Positions 50,401 through 58,875 of a stretch of DNA of 64,000 nucleotides are shown in pieces. A model generated the notes under the pieces. The model did not search any database and was not told the origin of the DNA. It was given only the letters and a program-made list of their open reading frames with translations. Location of the stretch: assembly GCA_038087875.1 (NCBI GenBank), contig CM075995.1:10728001-10792000 (forward strand), given 5' to 3'. Position 1 is the first letter of the stretch, and every line of letters starts with the position of its first letter. The translations under genes and the position numbers were made by a program. This DNA comes from Malacoraja senta (lineage: Eukaryota).

Positions 50401-53400
50401 TGACCAATAAGGTCGATGAGGGCAGAGGTGTCGATGTTGTAAAGCAGTAAAGCATTCTACAAGGTTCCTCATGTTAGGTTGCTCTGGAAGGTTAGAATGC
50501 ATGGGATCCAAGGAGAGAGCTGAATAGATGGAAAATTGGCTTCCTGGAAGGAAGCAGAGGGTGGTGGAGGAAGGTTACTTCTCAGACTGGAGGCATGTGA
50601 CAAGTGGTGTGCCTCAGGATATGGTGCTGGGCCCATTACTGGTTGTCATCTATATCAATGATTTGGATGAGAACATACACGGCAAGATTAGCAAGTTTGC
50701 AGTTGATGCAAAAGTGAGTGGTTTTGCAAATAGTGAAGATGGTTGTGAAAAATTGGAGCAGGAATTTGATCAATTGGCTAAGTGGGCTGAGGCATGATTG
50801 ATGGTATTTAATGCAGAAAAGTGTGAGGTGTTACGTTTTGGGAAGTATATCATGGTCAGGACTGACACAGTGAATGGTCGGGCTCTGGGTAGTGTTGCAT
50901 AGTTCCATGAAGGTGGAGTTGCAGGTAAATCAGGTGGTCAAACAAGCTATAGCCTTCATCAGTCAGCGTATTGAGGAAAGCAGGAAGATGAGGGGTGATC
51001 TAATTGAGGTGTATAAGTTCATGAGAGAAATAGATTAGGTAGATGCACAGAATGTCTTGCCCAAAGTAGGTGTATTGAGGATCAGAGGACATAGCTTTAA
51101 TGTGTAGTGGAAAATATTTAATAGGAATCTGAGGGGTAACTTTTTCACACAAAGGGTGGTGGATGTGGAACAAGCTGCCAGAGGAGGTAGTTGAGACAGG
51201 GACTATCCCAACATATAAGAAGCAGTTACAAAGACGTATGGATAGGAAAGGTTTGGAGGGATATGGACCAAATGTTGGCAGATGGGACAGTGTGGCAGTG
51301 ACATTGTTGGCCGGCATGGGCAAGTTGGTCTGAAGGGCCTGTTTCCACACTGTATCACTCTATGACTCTACGACTCTATGACCTGCTCAGCCTTGATGGT
51401 CAGGTGTGACGAAGAAAGGGCAGAGGAATTGGACCAAGGGGGAGAGTCTGTCGGGATGCAAGGGATAGGGTGGGCAAAAACCCCTCCATCAACTCCGTTA
51501 AAAAACAGGTTTAGCTTGATGTCCCTGGCCTGATTGCTTTCCCTGCCCAGGCCACTGGTCATCCTGCAGTTTGTAATGTTCTTCATACCGCTCCACACAT
51601 CCCTCATGATGTTCCGTTGGTTTCAGCTCCAGCTTCTTGCTGTAGTTGTCCTTGCCCTGTCTTAGTCTCACCTTCAAATCTTTCTGTGACCTTCACATCA
51701 TTCCTGAAAGCCCTCTTCTTCTGCCAGAGCAGGGCCTTAACAGCACAGGTGACTCTGTGCTTGTTGTTGGGGAACAATTGTACAGTCTCCTCAGGGACAA
51801 GTTATCCACACATAACTTTATCTAACTGGTAACAATGTTCATCAATGTCATCTCCGTGGGGACTACAGATTGCGTCCCTCTGACCTCCTTCTCACTTACC
51901 TTGTGGTCACAAGCAGCCTCTGAACCATTGGGTTTCTGGGTAAAATGTGAACCAGGTTGTGGTCGGATCTTCCCAGTGGCGGAAGAGCCATGGAGCAGTA
52001 ATGCCCCTGTCCCACTTAGGAAACCTGAATGGAAACCTCTGAAGACCTTGTGCCGCACCCAAGGTTTCCGTGAGGTTCCCGGAGGTTTTGGTCACTCTCC
52101 CTAATGGTCGAAAGTGGTTTCCACGTAGTCGAGGCTTCTATGTTTCTGAGATTATTTCAACAAAACCAAAACCGGCCTCGACTAAAAATAGGTTGCCGTT
52201 TGGTCGAAGCCAGTGGAGTGGGGTTGCTATTTACTTACAGGCAGTCGAAGGCAATCTCCTTCGCTGACCGGCCATTTTGATTGGCTCATTGGAGTTTTCA
52301 GCAAAGATCCTGTAGGATCTTTGGTTTTCAGGACCTAGAAGATGTGTGCGGTCGGTAGCAAAGATCCTGTAGGATCTTTGGTCAGTACATGCAGCTCACG
52401 CTTCGGTCGAGGCTTTCCAGGCAAGTGACCAAAACCTCCGGCGTACGGCAAGTCCAGTGTTTTCCTATTCCTGTCTGGACAGTCAATAATCTGAGTAAAA
52501 GTGGGTACGGTAGCGTCCGAAGTCACGTGGTTGATGTCCCCTGAGATTGCAATGAAAGCCCTCCGGTGTTGTGTCTGGGGTCTCGCCCTGACTGTGTGGA
52601 TGGCAGCGGGTTGGCGGGCGGAGGGATGTAAACAGCTGCCACAATGGTGTGTTAGAATCTCCCGGGCATATTGTATGGACGGAGATCAGATCCATGAGTT
52701 CAATGTATACAAGCTCCTTAACAGTGGTGTGACCAGGGTTGCGCCATTTGTTGTTACAAGGATAGCAAGTCCCCCAGCTTAACACTTGCCACTTGACCCT
52801 GTCTGAAAACCGTCCACACCCGCGTTGAACTCAGGGATGGGCTCGTGGAGCCATGTCTCCGTGAAACACATCACGTTGCTCTCACGGTACTCACTCTGAG
52901 TCCTCGCAAGGGATACATTAACAATTTTATACACTTATACCAAGCCAATTAACCTACAAACCTGTACTTCTTTGTAGTGTGCGAGGAAACCGGAGATCTC
53001 GGAGAAACCCCCACACAGGTCACGGGGAGAACCTGCAAACTGCGTACAGACAAGCCCTCGTAGTCAGGATCGAACCCGGGGCTAGGGCGATGTAAGGCGG
53101 TAGTTCTGCCGCTACGCCGGCCGGGTGTTGCCACTTTCAAGATTCTATGAACCTGGGCCGCAATATTCCTTTGTATATCACTGGTGTAAAGTGTCTTGCC
53201 ATCAACCGCATATCTTCCCCTTACATTCGACATCTCAAATTGCAACGCCTTACACTTACCCCGAAAAAAACCCACCTGCCATTTCACCACCCATTTCTAT
53301 AACTCCCCTCCTCTTACTGAAAGGATTGTTTCTGTGCTGTATTCCATGAGAAACCTCACAGAGTCATCGCCTCAGTGTCAATGCGGGAGTCTCGCACTTT

Positions 53401-53515
53401 GTGAGTGAACTTGCTGATGGATCGTCACATTATGATGGGCAGGGTGCAAATGTGACACAAGATTCTAACCCTCTCTCCTTCCATTGTTTACAGATTCCCC
53501 TGGTCATATAACTAA
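2340..53515 (+). CDS. Multi-domain F-type lectin (fucolectin/FTP tandem-repeat protein), spliced and 5'-incomplete; exons 2340-2497, 3016-3265, 13805-13965, 19785-19988, 20648-20726, 25542-25693, 30679-30946, 31843-31989 (or stop at 31993), probable last exon 53494-53515
   Basis: The exons translate to F-type lectin motifs (NLAL..A.QS, AIDG, C, PWW.VDL, I.ITNR.DCC, GAEI.IGN, C.G..GRYVNI.IPG...L.LCEVEVFG). All have AG/GT boundaries and their phases join into one open frame. Confidence 0.9.
2545..2995 (+). mobile_element. Degraded CR1 3' fragment filling the intron between the first two lectin exons
   Basis: [19 protein letters not shown] motif and a CR1-like 3' UTR. Confidence 0.75.
3016..3265 (+). 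CDS. F-type lectin exon, N-terminal part of domain 2 ([13 protein letters not shown]...AIDG...CTRT...PWWVVDL...[24 protein letters not shown])
   Basis: Acceptor caacAG at 3014-3015 and donor GTGAGT at 3266; 250 nt, phase 1 to 2. Confidence 0.9.
3410..3690. repeat. Degenerate ~21-bp minisatellite (TGGACCATTGATCCAGAGGTG-like), left part
   Basis: Repeated ggaccattgatccag variants. Confidence 0.7.
3854..6821 (-). pseudogene. CR1 ORF2 (APE endonuclease plus reverse transcriptase), frameshifted after FAD
   Basis: 712-aa ORF 4683-6821 ([33 protein letters not shown]), continued in shifted frames 4378-4686, 4206-4412 and 3854-4225. Confidence 0.92.
6970..7929 (-). pseudogene. CR1 ORF1 (CxxC zinc finger, coiled coil, SGNH/GDSL esterase-like domain), frameshifted
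   Basis: CSGCQMW...[29 protein letters not shown] and DGLHLN motifs spread over three ORF-track frames. Confidence 0.85.
7921..8110. repeat. 20-bp tandem repeat (TAGAATACAAAACAAACTGC), about 9.5 copies, in the CR1 5' UTR
   Basis: Directly visible. Confidence 0.95.
8231..8840. repeat. 90-bp tandem repeat, about 6.8 near-identical copies, at the CR1 5' end
   Basis: Unit cgtgtgtagc...tcctaccggt starts at 8341, 8431, 8521, 8611, 8701 and 8790. Confidence 0.95.
9240..10650 (-). mobile_element. 5'-truncated CR1 LINE
   Basis: RT C-terminal ORF fragments and a tail at about 9240. Confidence 0.9.
10653..11699 (+). mobile_element. 5'-truncated CR1 LINE, inverted relative to 9240-10650
   Basis: 284-aa ORF 10764-11618 and a CR1 tail. 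Confidence 0.9.
11700..12112 (+). mobile_element. Older CR1 3' fragment; its upstream part is probably 9140-9239
   Basis: Degraded [13 protein letters not shown]...FTQRVVG motifs and 3' UTR. Confidence 0.65.
12115..12390. repeat. Degenerate ~21-bp minisatellite, right part (same unit as 3410-3690)
   Basis: gtggaccattgatccagaag variants. Confidence 0.75.
12880..12980 (+). mobile_element. Penelope-like terminal fragment with a hammerhead-like core
   Basis: CTGAAGA-A-GGGT-TTCG-GCCC-GAAAC at 12885-12909, followed by the shared catagatgctgc...ctccagcatttt tail. Confidence 0.65.
13805..13965 (+). CDS. F-type lectin exon, C-terminal half of domain 2 ([53 protein letters not shown])
   Basis: Acceptor ctctgtctctttcAG at 13803-13804. 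Donor GCAG|GTGTGT is placed by homology with exon 2340-2497. 161 nt, phase 2 to 1. Confidence 0.88.
14017..14250. repeat. Degenerate ~33-bp tandem repeat (GTGCTGACACAACTAACACACTCAG...)
   Basis: About 7 diverged units just after the lectin exon at 13805. Confidence 0.7.
15368..15567. other. Assembly gap (200 N)
   Basis: Run of N. Confidence 1.
15568..16165 (-). mobile_element. Rex1/Babar-like LINE RT fragment
   Basis: [47 protein letters not shown] and [14 protein letters not shown] motifs. Confidence 0.8.
16175..16960. repeat. G-rich degenerate tandem repeat (GGATGAATGGGGGGATCAGTACA) with a nested Penelope-like end at about 16340-16435
   Basis: Directly visible. Confidence 0.8.
18205..18952 (+). 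mobile_element. 5'-truncated CR1 LINE
   Basis: ORFs 18093-18578 and 18638-18865, plus tail. Confidence 0.9.
19785..19988 (+). CDS. F-type lectin exon, domain 3 part a ([68 protein letters not shown])
   Basis: Not in the ORF track. Acceptor ttccatctgcAG at 19783-19784; manual translation gives the FTP motifs; candidate donor GTTAGT at 19989. Confidence 0.85.
19989..20644 (+). mobile_element. Degraded 5'-truncated CR1 inserted in a lectin exon, with a Penelope-like end fragment at about 20081-20163
   Basis: Starts with the (E)YCVQ.W.P-coding tagtattgtgtgcaaatctggttgcccc, contains LFPRVEMS...[12 protein letters not shown], and ends in the CR1 tail ctgttgtactttctatgttccatg. Confidence 0.85.
20648..20726 (+). 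CDS. F-type lectin exon, domain 3 part b ([27 protein letters not shown])
   Basis: Acceptor ttctatgttccatgcAG at 20646-20647 and donor GTAAGT at 20727; 79 nt, phase 1 to 2; [10 protein letters not shown] motif. Confidence 0.82.
20908..23267 (-). mobile_element. 5'-truncated CR1 (subfamily A), nested in an older + strand CR1 (about 20810-20905 and 23270-24070)
   Basis: 418-aa and 136-aa RT ORFs nearly identical to the 3756-8838 element; (CATAGAAA)n tail. Confidence 0.92.
24215..25518 (-). mobile_element. Older CR1 fragment ending about 20 nt before a lectin acceptor
   Basis: RT ORF fragments 25164-25577, 24903-25157 and 24646-24927. Confidence 0.85.
25542..25693 (+). CDS. F-type lectin exon, C-terminal half of domain 3 ([50 protein letters not shown])
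   Basis: Not in the ORF track. Acceptor ctcatctctttcAG at 25540-25541 and donor AAG|GTATAG at 25694; 152 nt, phase 2 to 1. Confidence 0.85.
25696..30570 (-). mobile_element. Degraded long CR1 (ORF1 end, EN, RT, tail) with nested insertions
   Basis: Tail right after the lectin donor; RT at 27667-28113, EN at 29268-29837, esterase at 30141-30341. Confidence 0.85.
26590..27535 (+). mobile_element. L2-clade LINE 3' fragment
   Basis: SRLDYCNSL...[12 protein letters not shown]...[14 protein letters not shown] motifs and a (TTGAC)n tail. Confidence 0.88.
30679..30946 (+). CDS. F-type lectin exon, N-terminal part of domain 4 ([12 protein letters not shown]...AIDGNKNSN...SCT...PWWMVDL...[28 protein letters not shown])
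   Basis: Acceptor ctcaacAG at 30677-30678 and donor GTAAGT at 30947; 268 nt, phase 1 to 2. Confidence 0.92.
31843..31993 (+). CDS. F-type lectin exon, C-terminal half of domain 4 ([49 protein letters not shown])
   Basis: Acceptor atctccttcAG at 31841-31842. Ends either at TGA 31991-31993 or at donor AG|GTGAGA after 31989. Confidence 0.88.
32317..33575. mobile_element. Penelope-like element remnant with inverted terminal copies (minus 32317-33045, plus about 33050-33575)
   Basis: Degraded GIY-YIG C-terminal coding (CRRCNT...SFQVRQ...[25 protein letters not shown]) and mutually inverted terminal regions. Confidence 0.7.
32526..32967 (-). mobile_element. Solo LTR (442 bp), ERV-like
   Basis: Inverted termini TGAAAAAGTT...AACTCTTTCA and a 4-bp TSD TTGT. 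The minus strand has a TATA-like TATATTAA at about 32682-32689 and ATTAAA at 32580-32585. Confidence 0.75.
36525..37480 (+). pseudogene. Tc1 transposase remnant
   Basis: [13 protein letters not shown]...[27 protein letters not shown] and [13 protein letters not shown] in broken frames. Confidence 0.9.
37494..37688 (+). repeat. Gypsy 5' LTR (3'-truncated)
   Basis: Near-identical to 43117-43310. Confidence 0.9.
38684..41831 (-). mobile_element. CR1 LINE (subfamily B, whole ORF2 frameshifted), inserted in Gypsy pol
   Basis: EN at 41258-41788 and 40723-41244; RT at 39074-40533; (ATAACCAT)n tail. A short copy of the tail is nested at about 40432-40493. Confidence 0.92.
43117..43346 (+). repeat. 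Gypsy 3' LTR (230 bp)
   Basis: TGTGG...CTACA with ATTAAA inside and a PPT before it. Confidence 0.92.
45080..45940 (-). mobile_element. Rex1/Babar-like LINE fragment
   Basis: [21 protein letters not shown] and [14 protein letters not shown] motifs. Confidence 0.8.
46300..47915 (-). mobile_element. Rex1/Babar-like LINE (RT to tail), nested in a + strand CR1 fragment
   Basis: [34 protein letters not shown] and [12 protein letters not shown] motifs; (CAAGT)n tail at 46300. Confidence 0.88.
47991..48915 (+). repeat. ~0.93-kb local duplication, copy 1 (includes a ~30-bp GTACTGAGGGAGCGCCGCACTGTGGGAG minisatellite)
   Basis: Near-identical to 53732-54677. Confidence 0.9.
48918..51366 (+). mobile_element. 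Two adjacent degraded CR1 fragments (about 48918-49515 and 49520-51366)
   Basis: RT and 3' end motifs with many stops; CTATGACT-type tails. Confidence 0.8.
52925..53115 (-). mobile_element. tRNA-derived V-SINE-like element
   Basis: Minus strand has B-box GGTTCGATCC, then GTTCTCCCCGTGACC...CTCCGGTTTCCTC.CACA (V-domain-like). Confidence 0.7.
53494..53515 (+). CDS. Putative terminal coding exon of the lectin gene (R-FPWSYN-stop), followed by a short 3' UTR
   Basis: Branch-like CTAAC, long pyrimidine tract and CAG at 53491-53493 in non-repeat sequence. Phase matches the donor after 31989. AATAAA follows at 53618. Confidence 0.5.
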
Positions 53516-53617
53516 GACAGAGGTATGACAGTGCCAAGAATTCCGTGACCTACCTCCACTTCCTAACTTATCCCCATGAACCAACGGAGACAACTGTAAC
53601 TCTGTAAACTACTAGAA

Positions 53618-53623
53618 AATAAA
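53618..53623 (+). promoter_or_regulatory. Candidate polyadenylation signal AATAAA
   Basis: About 100 nt after the putative stop at 53515. Confidence 0.45.
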
Positions 53624-53731
53624 CATATCCACCATTACAACCCATCTCCAGAGGATTCTTGAATTGTTGGTGACCAGTCATAAAGCCTTTCCCGAGCAAT
53701 GCTGAGTCCCTCGCTTGATAAACAAAGGCAT

Positions 53732-54677
53732 TGGGTTCAGGTCAATGGGCAGAGACTTGAGACAACCCGTGCAGGGGCGATGGAGCGCCGCGCTGTGGGA
53801 GGAGCGGTACTGAGGGAGCGCCGCACTGTGGGAGGAGCGGTACTGAGGGAGTGCCGCACTGTAGGAGGGTCGGTACTGGGCGAGCGCCGCACCACAGGAG
53901 GGGGGCAGTATTGAGTGATTATCGATTTATGGGAGGGAGGCAGTACTGAGGGAGTGTCGCACTGTGGGAGGGGTAGTACTGCAGGAATGCCGCATTACGG
54001 GAGGGGTAGTACTGAGGGAGCGTCGCACTGTGGGAGGGGCAGCATCGTACTGTGGGAGGAAAGTACATCAACCTCTTTCGCAGGGTCATCAAAGCAAAGG
54101 ATGTCTCTGGAAAGCGGGTACGTGGCCCACATCCATCTGAGCAGCTCCTGTCTATATACCCTGTCCAGATGTATTTTATGTCGCAATTGTATCTGTTTCT
54201 ATAATTTCCCCTGGCGTTGCATTCGAGTTCCCGGCCACCATCCGAGTGAAATGGTTGTCTTTGAGATAAAGCTCTCACCTCTCATCTGTAGTTTTAGAAT
54301 CCTCTACCCCAGGAAAAGACTGTGAGCGTTGATGTTTTCCGCGTGTCTCATGATCTTGTTACCTCAATATTGCCGTTCCTCACCCTCCTACACTCCCGAG
54401 AAGAGAGTGCCAGCCCTTTCTCTATAAACAAAGCCAGTAAAAACACGTCACATCTTCACGAATCTCTTGTGCACCCTTTCCAGCGTTATGGCATATTTCT
54501 TACATCTGGGCGACCAGAACACACACAGTAATAATAATAATAATAATCATTTTATTTACTGGCGCCTTTCTAAAACCCAAGGACACCTTACAATGCATAG
54601 AATCACAAAAAATCACAAGTGTTGTCTCACCAGTGACTTGTACAGGTGCATCATGGCGTCCCAACGTACTCGATACC
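53732..54677 (+). repeat. ~0.93-kb local duplication, copy 2 (has an extra ~90-bp AAT-tailed insert at about 54528-54616)
   Basis: Near-identical to 47991-48915. Confidence 0.9.
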
Positions 54678-56054
54678 CTTCGTAATGAAGGCAAACCTGT
54701 CAAATGCCTTCTTCACCACCCTGGCCATCTGACTCAGCACTTTCTGGGAATAATGCACCTGTATTTCCAGATCTCTCTGTTCTGTCACACTCTCCTGGGC
54801 TCTGAGGTTTACTGTGCATTCTCCACGAACTCTGGATAGAATTTCAGTGATAGTTCAAACACCAACGGAAAATCATTTATCGTGTACACCCGAAGAAAAT
54901 GGTCTAGCTAATCAAGATCGCTGTAATTCTTGATCACCTGCTTCACTGTCTACAAAGCCAACTATTTTAATGTAATCTCCAAACTTATTCAACCATCTCT
55001 GTACACTTTCATTTAAATCGTCCACACAGATGAGAAACTGTCCCCGCTACCAAAACATCGATACACCACGGGACATTAAGTCCTACATTAATGCTTCCTA
55101 CCTAAGGGGTGCCATGACCTTTCCCGAGTTACCCAGTCTTCAGAACTGTAGGTGCTGACTAATACCAAAGATATGCATTAAAGTGCTGGAGTAACGAGGC
55201 ATCCCTGGGTCAGGTAGAATCTCTGAGATCTTTGGAGTCTGAAGACGAGTCCCAATCCGAAATGTTGAGGGACAACCGCATTATGGGAGGGGCAGTACTG
55301 AGGGAACGACGGTAGACAAAAGTGCTGGAGAAACTCAGCGGGTGCAGCAGCATCTATGGAGCGAAGGAAATAGGCAACGTTTCGGGCCGAAACTATTCTT
55401 CAGACTCAGGGAACGATGCACTAGATTTCGAAAGTCTGAATCCTTGTTCCATTTTTATATAGTCAATATTTGGTCTCGGCGATGTAGAGAAGGTCGTATC
55501 GGGAGCACTGAATGCAGTAGATGAGTTTGGAGGGGTGCAGGTGAATCTTTGTCAATGCTGGAAGGGCTATTTAGGTCCCTGTCGAGATCAGGTTGATGGA
55601 ATATGGACAATTTCGTGAGGCTGCACTTGCAGTTTTTCGAGCACTTTTTGTCACCCTGCTCTAGGATTGGTGCCATTGCGCTGACAACCATAAAGGGAAG
55701 ACTTACGAAGATGTTGCCTGGGCTCGAGAGCCTGAGCTATGAGGAAAGGTTGGGCAGGGTGAGACTATTGCTTGGAGCGCAGCAGGCTGTGATCTTATAA
55801 AGATGTATAAAATCATGACAATCACAATCACAATAATACTTTATTAGCCAAGTATGTTTTGCAACATACGAGGGGTATAATTAGGGCGAATGCACAGTAT
55901 TTTACCCAGAGTAGGGGAATCATGAACCAGAGGACAGAGATATGAGGGGAAACATCTAATAGGAACCTGAGGTGCAAACTTTTCGCACAGAAGGTGGTGG
56001 GTATATGGAACACGCTGCCCGAGAATAATTGAGGCAGATATTTTAATAACATTT

Positions 56055-56557
56055 ATAGAGTCATAGATTGATAAAGTGTGGAAACAGGCCCCTCGGCCCA
56101 GCTTGCCCAAACTGGCCAACAATGTCCCAGTTATCCCAGTCCCACTTGCCTGAGCTTGGTCCATATCCCTTCAAACCTGTCCTATCCATGTACTTGTCTA
56201 ACTGTTTCTTTAACGATGGGATAGTCCTAGCTCCAACTACCTCCTCTGGCAGCTTGTTCCATACACCCACCATCCTTTGTGTGAAAAAGTTACCTTCGGA
56301 TTCCTATTAAATCTTTCCCACTTCATCTTGAACCTATTCGGTCTGGTCCTCGATTCCCCTACTCTGGGCAAGAGACTATGTGCATCCACCCGATATATTC
56401 CTCGCACGATTTTGTACACCTCTATAAGATCCCCGCTCATCCTCCTGCGCTCCATGGAATAGAGACCCAGCCTATTTATCCTCTCCCTATAGCTCACACC
56501 CTCTAGTCTTGGCAACATCCTCGTAAATCTTTTCGGAACCCTTTCAAGCTTGACAAT
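56055..56557 (-). mobile_element. CR1 3' fragment
   Basis: ORFs 56237-56581 and 56061-56273. Confidence 0.85.
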
Positions 56558-56563
56558 ATGTTT

Positions 56564-57685
56564 CCAAAACTTAAAGCACACGGTGTTGGGGGTTCAGTAT
56601 TGATGTGGATAGAGAACTGGCTGGCAAACAGGAAGCAAAGAGTTGGAGTAAACGGGTCCTTTTCAGAATGGCAGGCAGTGACTAGTGGGGTACCGCAATG
56701 CTCAATGCTGGGACCCCAGCTATTTACAATATATATTAATGATTTGGACGAGGGAATTGAATGCAACATCTCCAAGTTTGCGGATGACACGAAGCTGGGG
56801 GGCAGTATTAGCTGTGAGGAGGATGCTAGGAGGCTGCAAGGTGACTTGGATAGGCTGGGTGAGTGGGCAAATGCATGGCAGATGCAGTATAATGTGAGGT
56901 TATCCACTTTGGTGGCAAAAACAGGAAAGTAGACTATTATCTAAATGGTGGCCGATTAGGAAAAGGGGAGATGCAACGAGACCTGGGTGTCATGGTACAC
57001 CAGTCATTGAAAGTACGCATGCAGGTGCAGCAGGCAGTGAAGAAAGCGAATGGTATGTTTGCATTCATAGCAAAAGGATTTGAGTATAGGAGCAGGGAGG
57101 TTCTACTGCAGTTGTACAGGGTCTTGGTGAGACCACACCTGGAGTATTGCGTACAGTTTTGGTCTCCAAATCTGAGGAAAGACATTCTTGCCATAGAGGG
57201 AGTACAGAGAAGGTTCACCAGATTGATTCCTGGGATGTCAGGACTTTCATATGAAGAAAGACTGGATAGACTCGGATTGTACTCGCTAGAATTTAGAAGA
57301 TTGAGGGGGGATCTTATAGAAACTTACAAAATTCTTAAGGGGTTGGACAGGCTAGATGCACGAAGATTGTTCCCGATGTTGGGGAAGTCCAAGACAAGGG
57401 GTCACAGTTTAAGGATTAAGCGGAAATCCTTTAGGACCGAGATGAGAAAAACATTTTTCACACATAGAGTGGTGAATCTCTGGAACTCTCTGCCACAGAA
57501 GGTAGTTGAGGCCAGTTCATTGGCTATATTTAAGAGGGAGTTAGATGTGGCCCTTGTGGCTAAAGGGATCAGGGGGTATGGAGAGAAGGCAGGTACAGGA
57601 TACTGAGTTGGATGATCAGCATGATCATATTGAATGCCGAATGGCCTACTCCTGCACCTATTTTCTATGTTTCTATGTGTCTATG
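56564..57685 (+). mobile_element. 5'-truncated CR1 (subfamily A)
   Basis: RT ORFs 56558-56932 and 56971-57606, plus tail. Confidence 0.92.
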
Positions 57686-58644
57686 AACTGAACCGAACAC
57701 AATACTCTAAATTCAGTTTAAAAGACATTTAAACAGAGACATGGATAGGAAAGATTGAGTGGGATTTGGGCCAAACACGGGCAAATGGGCCTAGTTTGGT
57801 CGGCATGAAGTTGGGTTGAAAGGCCAGTTTCCTTGCTATGTGACTCTATAACTAAATGGGGCAAGGAGAGCAAAGGTGATTGGAATGGTGGGGAGGGTGA
57901 GGGACAGTGTTGAAGCAACGAGAATGAGGGAGACTCCATCCTCAATAACGGCCACATGGGACGTCAGAGGTGTCTCTGATGGGGACCACTTTGGCCATGC
58001 AGAGTGGAAGAAAGTGATTGGATGGTTTTACAGCCAGAAGCTTTTGGCAGGGTAGGCACTAATGTAAGGGAAAGGAATCTTCAATTCTATAATTATACCC
58101 TGTTCTTTATAGATAGGACAAAAAAACAAAAGACGTTATGCAAAACGTTTACAACTGTGGTTTCAAAGAATTAAATTTCTCTGAATTACATTGCTTTCTC
58201 TGGGTTAACTGAAAATGATCCAAGGACAAAGGGCTTGCGATCTGCAGGGAAACGGAGAACGCTGCTGTTATAGAGTTTAGTTTTGTTTGGTTTTGTTTAA
58301 TTTGGTTTGGTTTAGTTTTGTTTTGTTTAGATTCATTTAGAGATATAGCACAGAGAGTCTAGGACCAGAGGTCATAGCCTCAGAATTAAAGGACGTTCCT
58401 TTTGGAAGGAGATGAGGTGGAATTTCTTTAGTAAGAGAGAAATGAATCTGTGGAATTCATTTCCACAGAAGGCAGTGGAGGTCGTCAATTGATTTTTTTT
58501 TAAGAAAGATAGATAGGTTATTGATTAGTACGAGTTTCAGGGGTTATGGGGTTGAGAGGGAAAGACAGATCAGCTAAGATTGAATGGTGGATTAGATTTT
58601 ATGGGCCGAATGGCCTAATTCTGCTCATATCACATTAACTTATG

Positions 58645-58875
58645 AAACAGGCCCTGCAGACCAGCGGTCCCGCACAATTACACTATCCTACACACACTAG
58701 GGGCAATTTACATGTATAGCAAGGCAATTAACCTATAAACCTGGATCTTTGGAGTATGGGAGGAAACTGGAGATCCCGGAAAACGTACGCGGTCACGAGG
58801 AGAATCTACAAACTGCGTACACACGGCACCCATATTCAGAATCGAACCCGGGTCTCTGTCGCTGCGCCACCGTGC
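58645..58875 (-). mobile_element. V-SINE-like element
   Basis: Same B-box and V-domain pattern as 52925-53115. Confidence 0.7.

Noticed and set aside
53060..53115. tRNA gene
   Set aside because: The B-box is the decayed head of a SINE and no complete cloverleaf is visible.
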